Program-made: the position numbers and the translations under genes
Notes under the pieces: generated by a model
Seen by the model: the letters and a program-made list of their open reading frames with translations, nothing else
The model's database searches: none
What the model was told of the DNA's origin: nothing
Assembly: GCF_006345805.1 (NCBI RefSeq)
Contig: NC_042997.1
Coordinates: forward strand, 170,624,001-170,688,000
Direction: 5' to 3'
Length of the DNA stretch: 64,000 nt
DNA from: Octopus sinensis
Taxonomy: Eukaryota
Shown here: in pieces, positions 61,869 to 64,000 of the stretch
How the letters are laid out: every line of letters begins with the position of its first letter
Position numbering within the stretch: the stretch's first letter is position 1

Positions 61869-62019
61869 CATATACACACACACATAGCTCTTTTCAGGGA
61901 TGTCTTACATCCAAGCATCCCCTGGTTTATCTATATATCAGTGAATTTACTGGAATTTGTTTCTCTGAGTTAGTATTAGAGTTTATTAAACACTAGTACT
62001 ATACACTTTATAGAGTTCC

Positions 62020-62930
62020 AGCAGTCTGTATAGATGTTTTCATCTGATTCGATATATGCAAACATAAATTCGGTAGTATAATATAAAAAAATGGAGTGTT
62101 TGAATACAGTAAAATCAATTTATTTACATAACCGTCGATTACATAAGGTCTACGATCGTTTCAATATCTACCTTCATTAATTTTACAATTAATGATTATA
62201 TTATGAGTTTAAAAGGTAGAGATCTCTCCTCTAGGAGCGATGAATATAAACTTACAACCTACGAAAAAGAGAAAGAATAAATGCAATGATGATAATGTAA
62301 ATGATCATATTAGAAATAATGCTGATACGTATAACAGTAGTAACGAACATAAAATAAGTAACAATATAAACATTAAGACAAATAAGAAATGGAAGGAGCA
62401 AGGAGATAGACCACTAGCTAAGACCCAAAACAAAAGAAACAAAACATAACAAAAATAACCCTGAAAACGGGGAAAATAGGCGTGGCATCGTTAATAAGGA
62501 AACAACGGAAGATATCGAAAATAAAAATTGTGATTGCAAAATTAAAAACCGATGCCCATTAAGAAATTTTTGTAAAGAAAACGGTCTAATATATGGGTGT
62601 GAGATAATACCTGGGTGAGAAAATTACAACTATATAGGCGCAATTGAAAACTATATAAAAAGCAGGATAGCCAACCATGAAAGCACCTTTAGATACAAGA
62701 GGAAAATAGCTAGCTCTAGCCTAAGTAGATTAATTTGGGAGATAAAAGAGAAAATAAGGACTATATGCTGAAGTGGGAAGTGATTAGCAAAGCAAAATCT
62801 GTTAGGATTTGGGGTCAAGAGGTGTGACTTATGCATGGAGGATATTTTCCAGATCATAACATCTAAGCATAAGTTGAGCAACAATAATAGAGAAAGAGGA
62901 TTTTGTTATCCACACAGAATTAAATAAACT
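62020..62930 (+). pseudogene. Penelope-like element: RT-EN linker and C-terminal GIY-YIG endonuclease, decayed
   Basis: ECLNTVKSIYLHNRR..NCDCKIKNRCPLRNFCKENGLIYGCEIIPG*ENYNYIGAIENYIKSRIANHESTF..LSRLIWEIKE..LKWEVI..KRCDLCME. Confidence 0.82.
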
Positions 62931-63007
62931 TTTAATAAGTATAATTAAAATAAAATAATAGTAAATTAAATAGACACTATTCAAATATACGTCTAATAAT
63001 AATAATA

Positions 63008-63101
<94 letters not shown>

Positions 63102-63474
63102 TAATTCTAGAGACATGATGTGAATAAACCAAATTCTAGACTGAATGTTTTTAAAATGATAATCCCTTAGAAGAATACAAAGTGTAACCCTTACTATCAG
63201 CTGACATACCTAAATAAATAAGTTAATAATTATTGGGTAGAGAAATTAAATTCATAACAGAAATATGTATGTGTGTGTGTGTGTGCGCGTGTGGTTGGAT
63301 ATAAGGATAATATTTGAGGGAATGTGTGTATGTATATGTATAAATCCTTTAAAATGTTTTAGCCCGAAGGCCGCGGCCATGCTGGGGGCACCACCGCTGT
63401 ATATTTAATAATTTTAGATAAATTATGTATAAGTAAACACTATGATGAAGTTAAATAAATTAAAATAAACGTAG

Positions 63475-63650
63475 GTACAGGAGTGGCTGTGTGGTAAGTA
63501 GCTTGCTTACCAACCACATTGTTCCGGGTTCAGTCCCACTGCGTAGTACCTTGGGCAAGGCTTCTTAGCCTTGGGCCGACCAAAGCCTTGTGAATGGATT
63601 TGGTAGACGGAAACAGAAAGAAGCCCGTCGTATATATGTATATATACAGT
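63475..63650 (+). mobile_element. SINE family B, 5' half
   Basis: GGAGTGGCTGTGTGGTAAG..GGGTTCAGTCCCAC..CCTTGGGCAAG. Confidence 0.85.
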
Positions 63651-64000
63651 CGAAATGCCGCTAAGCATTTTAGCCCGGCGTGCTAACGTTTCTGCCAGCT
63701 TGCCGTCTTGTAGATAGTAAAAATGATGCTATACGTTGAACTTGAGAAATGTCTTGCATATTTTTACTGTTTCGCTGATAGATTGTATTTGTTATGTGTA
63801 TATTAGCTGGTTGGTTTCTTTTTCTGAAAACCCTAGTTTTTCCAGATTGACACTCTGGCATTTGCTAACAAAACCAAGTACAACAAACATCCTTGATATG
63901 AAAGAGAATTTATAAAATAAGTATTGGTAATAAATATTGATTTCAAATTTTGGCACAAGCCCAGCAATTTCGGTGGAAGTGGTAAATCGATTATATCGAC

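Noticed and set aside
62609-62611. In-frame TGA in the Penelope EN as a selenocysteine codon
   Set aside because: The copy also has frameshifts and other stops and no SECIS is evident; ordinary decay is more likely.

Overview
AT-rich, extremely repeat-dense eukaryotic non-coding DNA, very probably cephalopod (Octopus-type); this is inferred from recalled SINE/LINE families, not from a database search. I recognise no intact protein-coding gene: nearly all ORF-track entries are translations of microsatellites or SINEs. The window holds dozens of tRNA-derived SINE copies (several families), RTE-clade and R4/Dong-like LINE fragments, a full-length but dead mariner, a DD37D (maT) fragment, a non-autonomous Helitron, piggyBac- and Tc1-like MITEs, a probable solo LTR and a decayed Penelope-like GIY-YIG fragment. 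The main discovery is at 20280-22568, a tandem dimer of a 1.1-1.25 kb unit built from nested palindromes. It carries eight hammerhead-ribozyme cores, four per strand, from two unrelated sequence families. Four of them (family 1) have a perfect catalytic core, a GUC cleavage triplet and an extended stem I. Successive same-strand ribozymes would release highly self-complementary RNAs of about 1084 nt (+) and 1248 nt (-), a retrozyme/viroid-like layout, but an assembly artefact must be excluded first. At least four further degenerate hammerhead-like Penelope-type termini and several independent fold-back inverted duplications occur elsewhere. A candidate Pol II promoter and first exon lie on the minus strand at about 59218-59480. 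SINE and LINE fragment boundaries are approximate (within about 10-20 bp).
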